A DNA stretch of 60,678 nt, the filler included, from Platydemus manokwari (taxonomy: Eukaryota): assembly GCA_037951405.1 (NCBI GenBank). It is 5 parts of 5 records of this genome, joined end to end, with 100 filler letters (N's around TTAATTAATTAA, not from the genome) between each part and the next. Parts side by side here need not be neighbours in the genome. Positions count along the whole stretch, not along the records: positions 29,164 to 50,318 come from JBBMOY011422533.1; 4 more parts are not named here. The stretch is one strand, 5' to 3'. The translations under genes were made by a program, and so were the position numbers. Positions 33,996-46,678 of this stretch are shown piece by piece; position 1 is the stretch's first letter; the number at the start of each line of letters is the position of its first letter. The notes beneath the pieces are model-generated. The model made no database searches. It saw nothing but the letters and a program-made list of their open reading frames with translations, and was not told the origin of the DNA.

Positions 33996-35000
33996 ATGTT
34001 TACACTAACACTAATTTGTATTCTTACATTAGCCAACGCTCAAATAGAGACACGTTTACCAATTATCCGACCTATGTTTACATACAATTGGGGAAGTTTT
34101 TGGGTAAGCATAATTGCTCATTAAGACCCTTCACAATTTTATAGTGTAGCGTTAATACGAAATTACCTTTGCCTAAAGACAGCGCAATTTACTCATCAAC
34201 ATGTATCATACAATTAATTTTATATCGACATGTTAAATACCCGAAACTCGACAGTTACATAATAACTGAGCATGATAATATTAGTATACAAACATTACCG
34301 TTTGAGAAAACATAGCATATATTTTACAATGATAGTATCATACGCATAACAAAGGAACCTAGTAACCACAATAGAATTATAGGATCAATAGCCGATGGAA
34401 CTGAATTGGATTTATTTGTTTTAATGAGTGGAATTCAAACCCAATACGAACATAGACGAAGAAACCTAGAGTTAAAGTTACAAATCAAGGACACTATGCA
34501 CCACAAGCAGACACCCAAACATTGAGTCAAACAAAATTAACTACAAATCGTACTACTAAAATAAATATACACGCGAAATGGAAGATTGAAGCAGTACCAT
34601 GATCATTTTCATCGGTTCGTGCTTCATCTTTCAATCTATTTTCCAACCAATTGTTGTACTGATATTATGCAAAATTAAATGAACTAGAACTTATTTTCCT
34701 AATTAACGATATCGAAACTATCCACCTCCGTATCAAATGACTGACCTAATTTTTCTCTTTATAGATATGAAGCTACAGCAGTGTAGACCTAAAATGAGTA
34801 TCCGTATTTATAAATCATTATCTATATTATATAGTAAACAAACATTATCTCTACTATCTTCCTGGCATGCCATAATAATACTCTCAAATATTATTCCACT
34901 ATGCCTATTAATCATTTCCATAGTAGATAAAAGATCCTATATCTTATTACGCTATGCCAAAAGCGAGCAACCAATTCCGATTATCAGTTCCTACGATTAA
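33996..35000 (+). pseudogene. Unknown post-integrase membrane/glycoprotein ORF (ORF3)
   Basis: Signal-peptide-like MFTLTLICILTLANA|Q at 33996; NST/NDS sequons; hydrophobic segments MIIFIGSCFIFQSIFQPIVVLILC (~34600) and HAIIILSNIIPLCLLIISIV (~34870). Interrupted by stops. Confidence 0.5.
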
Positions 35001-35029
35001 GAACCGATCCTCACAATTTCAGCATCTTA

Positions 35030-36343
35030 ATGACAAAAGAAGCAGCAATTTCAAATCGATCTATCTAATTAATTAAAGTTCGGGAGTAGAGGTCCTGGCG
35101 TAACCACAGAACTAAACATTGATGAACCCGGCAAGCATGCAATCAGCAAAATCTTTCATTATACTCGACGTGCTCACACCAAAGAGAGAATCTATCTTTA
35201 TACCACGGATACGCTCGTAACGGCTTACATCGCAGGCGTGCAAGAACCGTTACGGTTAGATAAAAACACGGTCTTAGATATTCAACAATGTGATAAACGC
35301 TTATATCACGGGCATATCGAATGTCCACAGGTACCCACAACTTTAGTAATGGAAATAGGTTAAGATGATATTTTCAATATCCTCAGCACAGCCCACGAGG
35401 AATATGATTACAGAGCTACCCTAGCTGATATCAGCAAATATTTATCATTCACAAGAGCCGACATGAGACTGGAAGACATCAGAAAAAGACTTTTATTTAT
35501 TGCAATTCGAACAGTAACGACGGCACCATACCTTCAATCCCGAGAAATTATGTATGGCACTGGCAAAAACGAGTTTCTGAAGCAGACATCATCCACCAAT
35601 GAGATGAAGTGTCCTGCATAAAACAAGTTAATCAACTTGAAGACAAACATATTTTAGTTGGCTTCAAAGTAGCGGATATGTTAGACACATTAAAAATCCC
35701 GTCCCTGCGTCTTCTAGGTATTAGAGACCTTGCAAGAGCAAAGTGTTTGGAGAATTACGGCGTAGCACAAGCCAGCCAGCTAAAATTCTCAAAAATCCTT
35801 CGAAAAGTTATACCGAATTTCAAACATGGAAAACTACACGAACTTAAAACTACAAAGATGCCCGAGGAAATTTGAGCCATTTACCTACAAATCGAAGATC
35901 AATAGAGAGATCGCTTACCACCTAAAGAAACAATAACAATCAGAACACAGACAAACCTATACCCATAAGCACGGAAATTATCCCAAAATTAGTAGAAGCA
36001 TACAAAGAGCCTAGCGCACCACCAATGGAGGTGGAACAAATTCATCTTATTGACACACAGTCACAAGTCACTGCCAGTGACCATCCACATCAACACAACG
36101 AATCCCTAAATTTCTTAATGTCGACATCGATGCAGAAGAACCACCCAATTTGCCAAAACATATATATGAAGCAATTACATATGAGCACATGACAGTCATT
36201 CAATACACATGCGAGGGGACCTTTGAAACTACGAGATTACAATTCAGAAATAGACACTGGAAGTCAGGAAACCCAAGAAACCCAAACGAATGGACGATGA
36301 CGTCGAAGACAAACCGAAACTAATGATCGACCTTGACGAATGA
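35030..36343 (+). pseudogene. Unknown soluble ORF (ORF4), possibly SGNH/GDSL-esterase-like, with a PSAP motif
   Basis: Long near-open frame 35073-35620 (one stop), continuing by frameshift into ORF 35609-35875 and an acidic/Pro-rich tail with EPSAPP at 36007-36024. Confidence 0.45.
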
Positions 36344-36623
36344 GGCTCAACCAATACAACATACTATCGAACATTTGATATCTATATCCAATTATGTGGC
36401 ATTTTAAAACATTTTATACGTGACAGTTCTATCAGATTGTGTGACGTTTTATGATATTTTATTGGTAAACAGTACTTGACATTATATTATTTTATTCATG
36501 TAATATTTTATTATGGTGATTGACATCGTTGACTATGAACTCTCTATCATTTTTATGAACGTATATTGTAATTATATTGTATTAGATCCTAAGTACCTTG
36601 TCTGCATCTTATACGTATATCTT

Positions 36624-36700
36624 ATTTTCGAGGTCGAAAATCTTTAAGGAGGGGGAGATAATGTGGAATCCTACCTTACCTGAGACATTAAAATAAAACA
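36624..36700 (+). other. Pre-PPT hairpin, polypurine tract and start of a truncated 3' LTR
   Basis: attttcgaggtcgaaaat hairpin, AAGGAGGGGGAGA (36646-36658), TGTGGAATCC at 36662, then AT-rich host-like DNA. Confidence 0.8.
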
Positions 36701-37330
36701 TATGAACAAATATATACAAGAATAAAAAAATTTAAAAAAACATTAAAAATTTAAATTTAAAAAAATTTTACTTCTGACAGAAAAAATAAAACAAATAGAA
36801 TTCAAAATTTTTTAAAAAATTATTAAAAATAAATAAAACAAAATTTTGTTTATCTATAACAAATTCTTTTGTTTAAACGAAATCAAGGTCAACCAGATAG
36901 GACCCAAGGTCAAAAGAAGAAAACATATTCAAATATATTTCAGATACATTACCTTATGAATTAAATGATTACTTCTTTAAAAAATTTCGTCTGAATATAT
37001 AATCAGAAAATATCTAATTCTAAGAACTTTGAAGTAAATAAAAAGGTTAAAAGGATCCAATTTAGATATAACATTTAATGGTAAAACAATCACTATTATA
37101 GAAAAAAACGTAATTAAATCTCTATATAACATTTGTGTTATTAATTTTATGCTGCCAATAGTTTTAAAATGAATCCAAAAGAATTTTTGAAACTTGTACA
37201 AATAATTATAATAAATATTCGATTGCTATAAATTAGATTTTATTGGGTTTTCACTCATAACGCGTCCATTATATTGTTTTGCATTTTTAATTGGTATCAC
37301 AACATGTCCACATTTTTATTTTTAATTAAG

Positions 37331-39057
37331 TGCTTTTGATTCTTGTGGTTTTGAACATGTTTTTGTGGGTGAATTGAAAGATAACAAGATAATCGGTTTA
37401 CACAATTGGATACAAATTTATCTACAAGAAAAAGCTGGAAATATTGATTATAAAGGATTTTTAGATATTGGAACGGTTAGTTCTCGATATTAAATATTAA
37501 TAAGATTATGCCAACATTGAAAATGTATTATGTTAAGTTTAGAATATTTGTTTAAAACAAAGATGATTTATCGATCTGTTTAATTGATCATTAAGATTCT
37601 ATTAATTTGCATAAACCTTGTAATTGTATTGTTGAAACAGATTTTTCAATTTTCCTTTACTTGTAAAATATGTTTTATCAAATATCTATTTTTTAGCAGA
37701 AAGATTCCAAATTAATAAACCCAAAATATATTTAAAAAGCATGGAAAAAGAAATGAACAAAATCGATTATCGATTAAGATTTCTAATAATGCAATGATAT
37801 TTTATCAAGAATGATCAAGAAAAGTACACAATCTAATGAGTACCATTTAAGTTGAAAAATATGTGAACACTATTGAGCTTGTTGAATAATTTTCAGAAAA
37901 TTAAGAATTCTCATTGAAAAACGAGAATTTCCTGAACTGAAAAATGTCTGAAGATTGAAACAAAAAAGTTCTTTAGCTAAAAGTAAGAAAAAGTAAATTT
38001 AAATAGTTTTATAAAAGAAATATGGAAGAAATTGTGGTCAATGAAATTATGGAAAGTAAGCCGAATAGATACCCAATGATATTAAGAATAGCTTCTTGAA
38101 TGAGCTTTGTTAAAAGAATGAAAAATTTGAACACAACAACACATTTAAATCGAAAATATAAGTTGAATAAACACACAAACGCAAATCTAGCTCCACTAAT
38201 TTTGATTTGGAGAAAGTGACGAAAAATTAAGTCAAAAATCACTTATTAACGCCCAATAGGCATTTTAAAAAATTTAAATCATTGCAGTAATAAACATTGT
38301 TGTGAGGAAATTTTAAATGAACAAATTGAATAATAATTTAATACAAACATTAAATATGTTGTTTCGATAAAATATATTTTGAGATTTTGTTGAATTGTTA
38401 AAAGTTTTACTGAATTATTAAAATTTGTTACTAAATTATTAAAAGTTAATATTGCTTGATTAAGATTAGCAGGACCTTTAATTCTGGAAATGGGTTTAAA
38501 AATTATGCGATTTATTAATAAATAAATAAGTTAAGAAAATGGTGATAATGACTTCTTTTGTTGAACCCTCAAATTTAAGCAAAGTAGCTACTACTAACCA
38601 ACATGTTTATATTTTTTACTATGAAAGAACTTTGCATTATTCGAATCCAAATGCGAATACACAAAATTGATATAAATGCTTTAACTTACCATATTTCTCT
38701 AAGTAGTAATATTCTCTGCTAGAAATTTAATTATATTAATGATAAATTTTATTGATTTGATATTTGATTTTTAACTTAATTAATATTTTGAAAATTTATA
38801 CTTTTATTAAGTCAAACGAACCCGATTCTCCCAGAATAATTACCATACAATTCACTTGGAAAGATGGCAGTTTGAAAGCAATGGGTAGTTCATTTGTCGG
38901 TACATCTCCGGAGTTTGAGATGGCTTTGTTTACCGCTTTATATTTCTGCGATGTAGAAAATGAATCCAATTATCAAATTGATAAATATCGTCTTAATCTA
39001 GTTCATTATAAAATGGGTGATCAAGTAGGAACTGCTTACATTGAGGGATTGGATTAG
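37331..39057 (+). CDS. ENDOU: EndoU/XendoU uridylate-specific endoribonuclease, paralog A (last two exons only)
   Basis: Exons 37331-37475 ([12 protein letters not shown]...[18 protein letters not shown]) and 38812-39057 ([26 protein letters not shown]...VGTAY). His-His-Lys triad intact; GT-AG sites. Confidence 0.9.
38450..38600 (+). repeat. Dispersed repeat, copy 2 (see 21860-22020)
   Basis: Shared blocks as listed for copy 1. Confidence 0.7.
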
Positions 39058-39347
39058 GGTTATTTATCTGTTGACATTAATGAAAGAATTTTTAAAGAAT
39101 TTGGTTAATTTTTTGCAAATTTGAATTTAGTTTTTAATTCAATTACTAGTTTCATGATTTAGTAATAAATGTTACATTTGGGCCTTATTGCTTTTATTTC
39201 TTATTCTGTTTGATGGCTTCAGATCTAGGATCACCGTTGTCTTAATCAGTCTCAATGAGTTTCTGGTTAAGGAATCAGGTGCAAAATAAATAATTAATAA
39301 AAATATTCTTTTGGTGAACATTACAATGAAAAATAAATTTTTAAGCA

Positions 39348-39351
<4 letters not shown>

Positions 39352-39379
<28 letters not shown>
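39352..39379. repeat. (TA)n microsatellite
   Basis: Direct observation. Confidence 0.9.
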
Positions 39380-39382
<3 letters not shown>

Positions 39383-40544
39383 GTAGTGCATTAACTATAA
39401 ATATTCTGCATAAAAACTACATGTCAACAAATGTACGAAGTGATTCCGATGTAAAACTGTTATGCCCTAAAGTAGTTTTATCAAACGGTGCTAAAAAAAC
39501 ATACTAGTTCAACTCTCGTATTAAAAAAATCTAAGATAAATGTGCAGTTTAGATAGTTGGCAAATATTCAACTCGAACTTCTCTGGTGTGATTAAAACGA
39601 TTAATCCTCTTGTGTACAAAATCATAAAATAATATTTGATAAACTGAGTGATTCAATCATATGATTGTTTCAAGGGTTTACAATTTACGATCCGATTAAG
39701 TAATTTCTGATTGAGTAACTTGTGTCTCCAAATTTTTGTCACTGATTTTTGTGCCGAATAGTTATTCTTTTTGGGTTATTGTTAATTTTTTCCAATGTTA
39801 TTTACTCTATTTGATTTTTTGTTAAATAGGTTTATTTATCCCATTTGTATTCGTTATTATGTCACTACTTGTGTTTCCATTATAATTTTATAACAACAAA
39901 TGGTTACACTAGTTTTGCTATGACAACACAAGTTTCCAATGAATTTTTCATTTTCCGCTAAAATATATAGCTACCTGATTCGACAAAAATATGTTTATTA
40001 ACATTTCAAAATGCATTTTAGTTCATATTTATTTATGCATGGATCATTTTTATTTCAATCTCGATATTTTCTAATGCGGGAAATTATTTTATTTTCTCGT
40101 TAACACTTCGTATTGTATTCTATAACATATTCATTGAATGGTTTTATTTTTATTTATGTTTTTCTTTATTTTTCAGTGTAAATTATTGTTTTCACTACGG
40201 ACATAACAATCTGCCATCAAATATTATCATCAATCACCAATCATCAATTATCATATATGTGAGATACTTTAAATGAATTAAATTTTTAATCCAAATTTAA
40301 TTCAAACTTAATTCTAATTTTATATAAAATCATATTTACATAAAATTAAATTTATTTGTTTAAATAATTGTATTTAAGTAGATTTTTTGTGTCTTGACTT
40401 TAATGTTCGTTTTTAATGTGTAGTTTTTAAAATAGTAGCGGTTAACAATATATATGGTCTAGTAAATCATTGAAAAAATCTCACACCATTTTCACGATAT
40501 ATTTTTAAATGTTTATTTAAAAATACAGAAATGATTAAACACAA

Positions 40545-43500
40545 TTAATCCCAACACTTAATGTATGAGGATTTAATTTTGTTTGGTATTTTGTAACAAT
40601 ATAAACTAAGATTATAAACAGCCATCTTAAATCGATCATTTGAGTTAACATTACAATAGAAAAGAGCTGTGTAAAATGCAATTTCAAATTCCGGTGACGT
40701 TCCAACGAATGAGCTTCCTTTTGGTTTGGATTGACCATCTTTCCAAGTGAATTTTATTGTGATTACTCGAGGATTATCGGATTCTTCGGACTGAAAATTA
40801 AATAAATCACTCATTAAATAATACTTACACATGTTCAGAATGTAAATATTTTTTAAAAGATTTTGTAAGAAATGAAAAGTTTTAAATTTATTCTCCAGAA
40901 AATCTAAGCTAACAAGATACTAAGATAATTGGTGAGTTATTTGGCAAAACAAATCCAAGTCAAACAGGTAAAATGGGTTACAAATTCTATTAGATAGATC
41001 ACGAGAAAGTAGTTTTCTGATAAAAAATATAAGCTAGTAAATCTTCAATCATGCATTCGGTGGACAACCCCCATGCTAGAAGAAGAGGAAACTAATCTTC
41101 AACAATTAGCCAAACTGAGATATCCTCATACAAATTATATTAAACGAAAATCTATGAAAATTATACCAATGTAACTTGATGAAGCCCTAATCTACTAGAG
41201 AAATTTCTCAAAACATTAATATCAAAATTAAATTATTTATTACTGAGAAATCGCCAAAGGAGTTTAAAGATCATCTGATAAAAATGTGAAAGTTTAAAGA
41301 AAAATAAAGAAAACAACATGGAAAAATTAAAATACAAATTTACAAGAGCAATTTAAAATTGGAAACAAATATTATATCAAAGAATAAATAAATAAATTAC
41401 TGTTCCTAAATCAAAAAATCCCTTATAATCGATATTGCCATTTTTTTCTTGAAGATATATTTGAATCCAATTATGTAATCCGATAATTTGACCATCTTTT
41501 AACTCGCCGACAAAAACATGTTCAAAACCACACGAATCAAGTACACTATATATGATAAATGTTATTTCATATATAAATACAATAGACGAAAATTATGCTC
41601 AATTCTATGAAGGCAATGAAGTACATAGATTTTTAATAAAAAGATATACTTTAATATTATGTAACCAAACATATTGCTGGGATGAACCATATGTGTTTAT
41701 TCAAAATAATTATAGTAAATATTGTTTATCAACATTTATAAATATATGAATTCAATCTAGCTTTTTAGTCTTGTAAGTTAATCAAAGATTCATTTAGAGA
41801 TTTTAGATACGTATTCGCTTATAGAATATGTGCATAAATTCGTGCGGTTATATTTGTCGTAAAGAAAACACACCGATTTCTTGTTATAACTGATTTGAGT
41901 TATATTCATTCATCTGCATTATTGATTTAAATTATTTTAGACTAACTTTCACTTTTATTACTCTCATTAAAATGAATTGTGACATAGATATAAATGAACA
42001 TTTCCGGCATCTACTCCTTATTGTTTTAATCAACATTTAAACAATCTTTCTGGTTTCGCATTTCAAAACGAAGAATTAATAACAAGGTGGATTGAAGAAT
42101 TTTTCGTCCAAAAACCGCCAAGCTTCTTCAAACGTGGTATTGACAAACCACTGATTGAGACTGAGATATTTGTTTTTTCTAATAATTTCATAAGTTCATG
42201 TTATTATCTGGAATTTTTTGCATGGATTTTATTCTTGATCAGTATGCATTTTTCATAAGTGTAAAAAAACCGCACGAACTTATACACCAACCCAATATTT
42301 TGAAATGATCTGAATATCTCTTACTTTCCACGCTTGTACATTTCAAACCAAATTTTCTTCAACTCCTTTTTGAAATGATTTCTGATCGGAGATACCATTT
42401 GATGATCGGACAAGAATTTATGAAGAATTTTCATTACTCTTGTGTCCAATATTGCATTGAGAAAGTCATCATGTTCTCTACTTTCTTCATTTGTAATAAA
42501 ATCAGGAATTCCAATTTGCATTTCATAATTATCGAGCAATTTCCGAAATACTAAACAAATAATGATAAATCAGATAGGAGTTTTTTGACAAATAAAATCC
42601 TTCACTATATGAGTAATTATCGGATTGAGAATAAACATTGATATTTATCATGGAAGTGTAAATTATAATGTCACTTTTAATTTATTTTAATTTAATTATA
42701 TTTAACGGTAATTATATTTAATGCCCACTTGGCTAAGATGCAAGCAAACATATAATGAAATGATGTTCTATGTTCCAGTCAATTGATAAGTTGTATTCTA
42801 TATAATATTATGAAGTAGCCCAAGCATTTACATAGTGGAGTATAAAGGACTATCACAAAAACATCTCATTTTTAAAAAACCCATTTAAATTTGAATAGAT
42901 ACATACACATTTTCATGCACTCACTTTGACCAATCAGAAAAAAGGGGAATTTTAAATATTTAAATTGAACATACACAAAAAGTTGTTTAATATTCAATCA
43001 TTTGATGATTGAATTCCGGTTTAATTGATAAAACAGTGGAAGGCAAGGACAATGTGAGTAATCTATTCAGAGATTAAATCAAAGTTGCACACAGAGCACT
43101 CGAGGTCTCATGATATTGAGAACCACTGTAGTGGATTTGGGCAATGTAAGGAATCTCAAAAATGTCGTATCTCAAGAAGATGGACTGAAAACAACCAATG
43201 AAAGATTAATTTTGCAACGCTTCACAGCATAGTTCGAGTTCCAAATGAAAATGAGAAACTAAGAAAGAAGTTTCAGGTGAAAATAATTCATAAAATTTAT
43301 TTAGCTTTAGAAATCAAGGAACAGACTATGATAATTTTTTGCCTCAATAAAGGAAAAATAGAAAAGAAAAAACAAAAATAGAATCGATACCTATATAGAA
43401 GAAAGCAGCAAACGAAACTTTTATACAACTATATAACGCAAAACGAGGAGTGTTTATCAAGAGGCAGACCATGCACGCATTTCCATCAGCCACTCAATTA

Positions 43501-46500
43501 TATTTAACCAGAGAATTATAAATTTTTTATTTACCCGAGAAGACGATTTCAATAATTCACTTGGAGAAACTTACCAGAAATTATGAGAGGCATACGAAAT
43601 TAGAACTTCACTGGAACAGCTAGAAATTGTCAGTCAAAATAAACATTTGCAAATAGACTTTCCAGAGGAGGGACAATATTTTACAGTGGAAACCTTAATG
43701 GTGGTAAGAATTAACCAGAAATGAATATCCAATAAATGAGGAAATGACTGAAGAATTAAAAAGTAAAAAAACATTTTTAACTTCTTAGGAACCGTGAAGG
43801 AAAGGAGGAGATGGACAACAATTGACAAGCGATGTGGATATTAGCAATTAAAATAATTAGAATTAGTGTGCAAACAAACTGTAAATAATCGCAGAATCAA
43901 AATAAAATACTGCCTCCAAGTCGACAATGACGATTGATGACTAAATTATGTCGACTTCGATTTATAATTAAAATAATTATGATAGATCAATAAAAATTCA
44001 AGAATTCTAAGCTTTAAAATTCACCAGTAGAACTGTCACTCGTCTTTCACACATCTCTATAACCTCTATACAAACAAAAAGTATTGTGAGTCTGTCAGTT
44101 CAAAGTCTGTATTTATTTGATGCTAGTGTTAAACATTTTATAAAATATACTTTGTAAATTTATATCTATTTATATCTATTTATATCTATTTCAGTATATG
44201 ACTTTGTCTATGTTTTGTACAAATTTAAAGAATTTTTTCTGATGTCTCCTTTCTATATTATAGTCAATATTCACTTACCCATTGTAAGCTTTACTATTAA
44301 ATAAAGCACAAAGTGTAAACTAACTGAAAAGGCTTATATTTATCTACACTTATTTAAAAAATATTATTTATATAAAATCTTTAAATTTCAATTCATTTTA
44401 GAATCATTACATCAATTGCAAGAAAAAGTGGGTGTCAAGATTACTGATATACAACATATATAAACATTACAATATACAATATGGATACAAAAGATCATAA
44501 TACTGTTTGATACACATAATTTAAACATAATAACCAATATAGATATATAGATAGATAACAAGTTCAATTCAAAGCAAAAGCTATGTCCATATATCCTATG
44601 GAACTCAGCATTTATCCAAACAAATGATTGATGTTCTAGAACTCAATCATGATTCATTTATTAAGTCTTAAATAATTGATTAATTGTAAAAATTGAGAAA
44701 GAACATAATTTATAAGACTGGATATTCATCAGAATAAATGAAATAATTTTCAAATTAATCTTGTAAAAACTTATTGAAAAATTAAATATTATTTTATTTA
44801 TTTTTCTTTAAGTATATTAATAAAAATTTTATAATAATCGATAAGATCGTGGTAGTATTAGACATCTGACCGTTCTGAGTTATAATTGATTATGTAAGTA
44901 TCAGGGTTTTGCAGATCATAATATAACCTTTAATATTTGAATATGATAGCAGCGGTATCAAATCATTCAACAACAAATCGATCGATCAACATTTTCATCA
45001 TTTATTCTCATATTGCACCTTATAGAAACCTAATTAACTTTCAATAATATTCATTTTAGAAAAGTTTTTATAATCAATTGACTCTTAAAATAAATCCTAA
45101 TATCACCTTAAGCCTAAATTAATCTTGATGGATCCCATCGTGATCACCTCAAATTATTTCAAATTTTATCTGAAACTGTTGTCCAATTTCATATTCGATT
45201 CAGAACCAAATAAAGCATCAAATGAATCAATTTCGAAACCCATCCTAATAAAATGACTTTTAATTATAAAATATTGTTTATACTTATTTATTATATTATA
45301 CTTATTTATCCGACTTTATGCTATACTACAACATATACTACATCGAAACATCTATCTATATGATACTTATCTCATTGTATTAATTTTATATAATCAACCC
45401 AATTATTTAATCTGAACAACAATCTGTGCTAGTTCTTTGTATTGTCTGTGTCAGTATTATGTAATATTTTTAGTTCATTAAAAACTTGTATCTGATTTTA
45501 ACCTTTATATTTTGTTTAAATATGAGTGCCTTAAATTATTTAGCTAAAATATGAAGTTATAAAATAAATAATAACGATAATAATGTAGAAATTGATCTCT
45601 TAATAAAATAACGAAAAAAGAAACCAAATTGAAATAAAGTCACCCGAATCCAAATCAAGTAAAGAAAATCGAAAATATTTCAACCCAAATAACTGAAAAT
45701 AAATGCAAATGAAAATCAAGATGACAGTAAGAGCTTGAAAAGTGCGATTGGGTTTGAAAGAAATTGATGAAAAATTAAATGTCGTGGCTTAGTAATCGTT
45801 ACTCGAATTATCAAGTTTAGCAGAAATTTTCAAATTGAATAACGGGTGAAATATTCCCAACTCGAATAAATAAAACCGAGCTGCACATCTTAAAATTTCG
45901 TATAGATGAATTATTGCAATGAAAAACAGCAGGTTGAAAATAAAGTATTGAAATATTACACCACTAGTGTAATATTATTTATTATTTATTCGAATGATTT
46001 CACTCTAATTTTAGTTATTTAAAACATCGTTAACAATTATTAAGTCAGATTTTAATATCATTTTCCATTTGTACCAAATTGCCATATATGGACGAATTTG
46101 AGACACAAATAATTAAAATCACCACCTTCGAATAACATGTGACTATAAAATCCAAAACACAACATATTTTGAATAAAATGATCATTTAAAGTGAAGTTTT
46201 TTTTTATAAGTCGATATTTATAAATGTATTGATTCGATTTGTAATCCTTAGCAAGAGGTCACTAGATTTTCAATCCTTTAAATTAGAGCTTGAATTTTTG
46301 ATGGCGATTTTTTTAAAATAGCATTTTAAATATTTTTATAGATTATAAAATAATAATAAATTATTATATGATGTGATAAGGTTAATGATTAATACAATAT
46401 AGTCTTTATAAAAGCCAATCAATATTACATCTGTAGGTAGGTCGAGAAAATATTCGATTCTCATCGAACATTTTGAACAACGTCTCATGTGCTGAATCGT

Positions 46501-46678
46501 CAGTGGTATCAAATTTTTTTATTCTTCCTAAAATAGATGGAGATTCAAATGAAATTATTTTATTGATTTTTCAACCTTGCATATTCAGTAGATAATCCTT
46601 TCCAGGAGTACACATGTTTTCATCAGCTTTCCATAATTGATTCAACAAGTTTTCCAATTCAGTTTTTGAAGGAGACAT
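40545..46678 (-). CDS. ENDOU: EndoU/XendoU endoribonuclease, paralog B (complete, 272 aa)
   Basis: Exons 46576-46678, 46429-46527, 42325-42550, 41401-41545, 40545-40790 (819 nt, phases consistent). LWKADEN...[50 protein letters not shown]. Confidence 0.93.
40900..41230 (+). mobile_element. Possible Penelope-like 3' remnant with a degenerate hammerhead-like motif
   Basis: QTGK and EEEETN..L..LE fragments reminiscent of GIY-YIG, followed by cttgatgaagccctaatctactagagaaatttctcaa. Confidence 0.3.
41820..42297 (+). mobile_element. Internally deleted mariner element
   Basis: Right TIR aaaaccgcacgaacttatacaccaacccaata; degenerate left TIR tgcataaattcgtgcggtt; transposase C-terminus [21 protein letters not shown]. 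Confidence 0.8.
43050..43870 (+). mobile_element. Decayed LINE fragment (CR1/L2/Jockey-like EN-RT linker)
   Basis: A-rich coding-like block with [13 protein letters not shown] at ~43810. Weak. Confidence 0.35.

Larger units (their letters stand above)
29240..36700 (+). mobile_element. Decayed, 5'-truncated env-carrying Ty3/Gypsy element
   Basis: Continuous A-rich coding-like block: glycoprotein, PR, dUTPase-like, RT, RNase H, IN, two extra ORFs, PPT and the TG start of the 3' LTR. Confidence 0.9.

Noticed and set aside
37331-46678. EndoU genes as viral (nidoviral NendoU) cargo of the neighbouring element
   Set aside because: They have spliceosomal introns, cellular XendoU motifs, and lie outside the PPT/LTR boundary.
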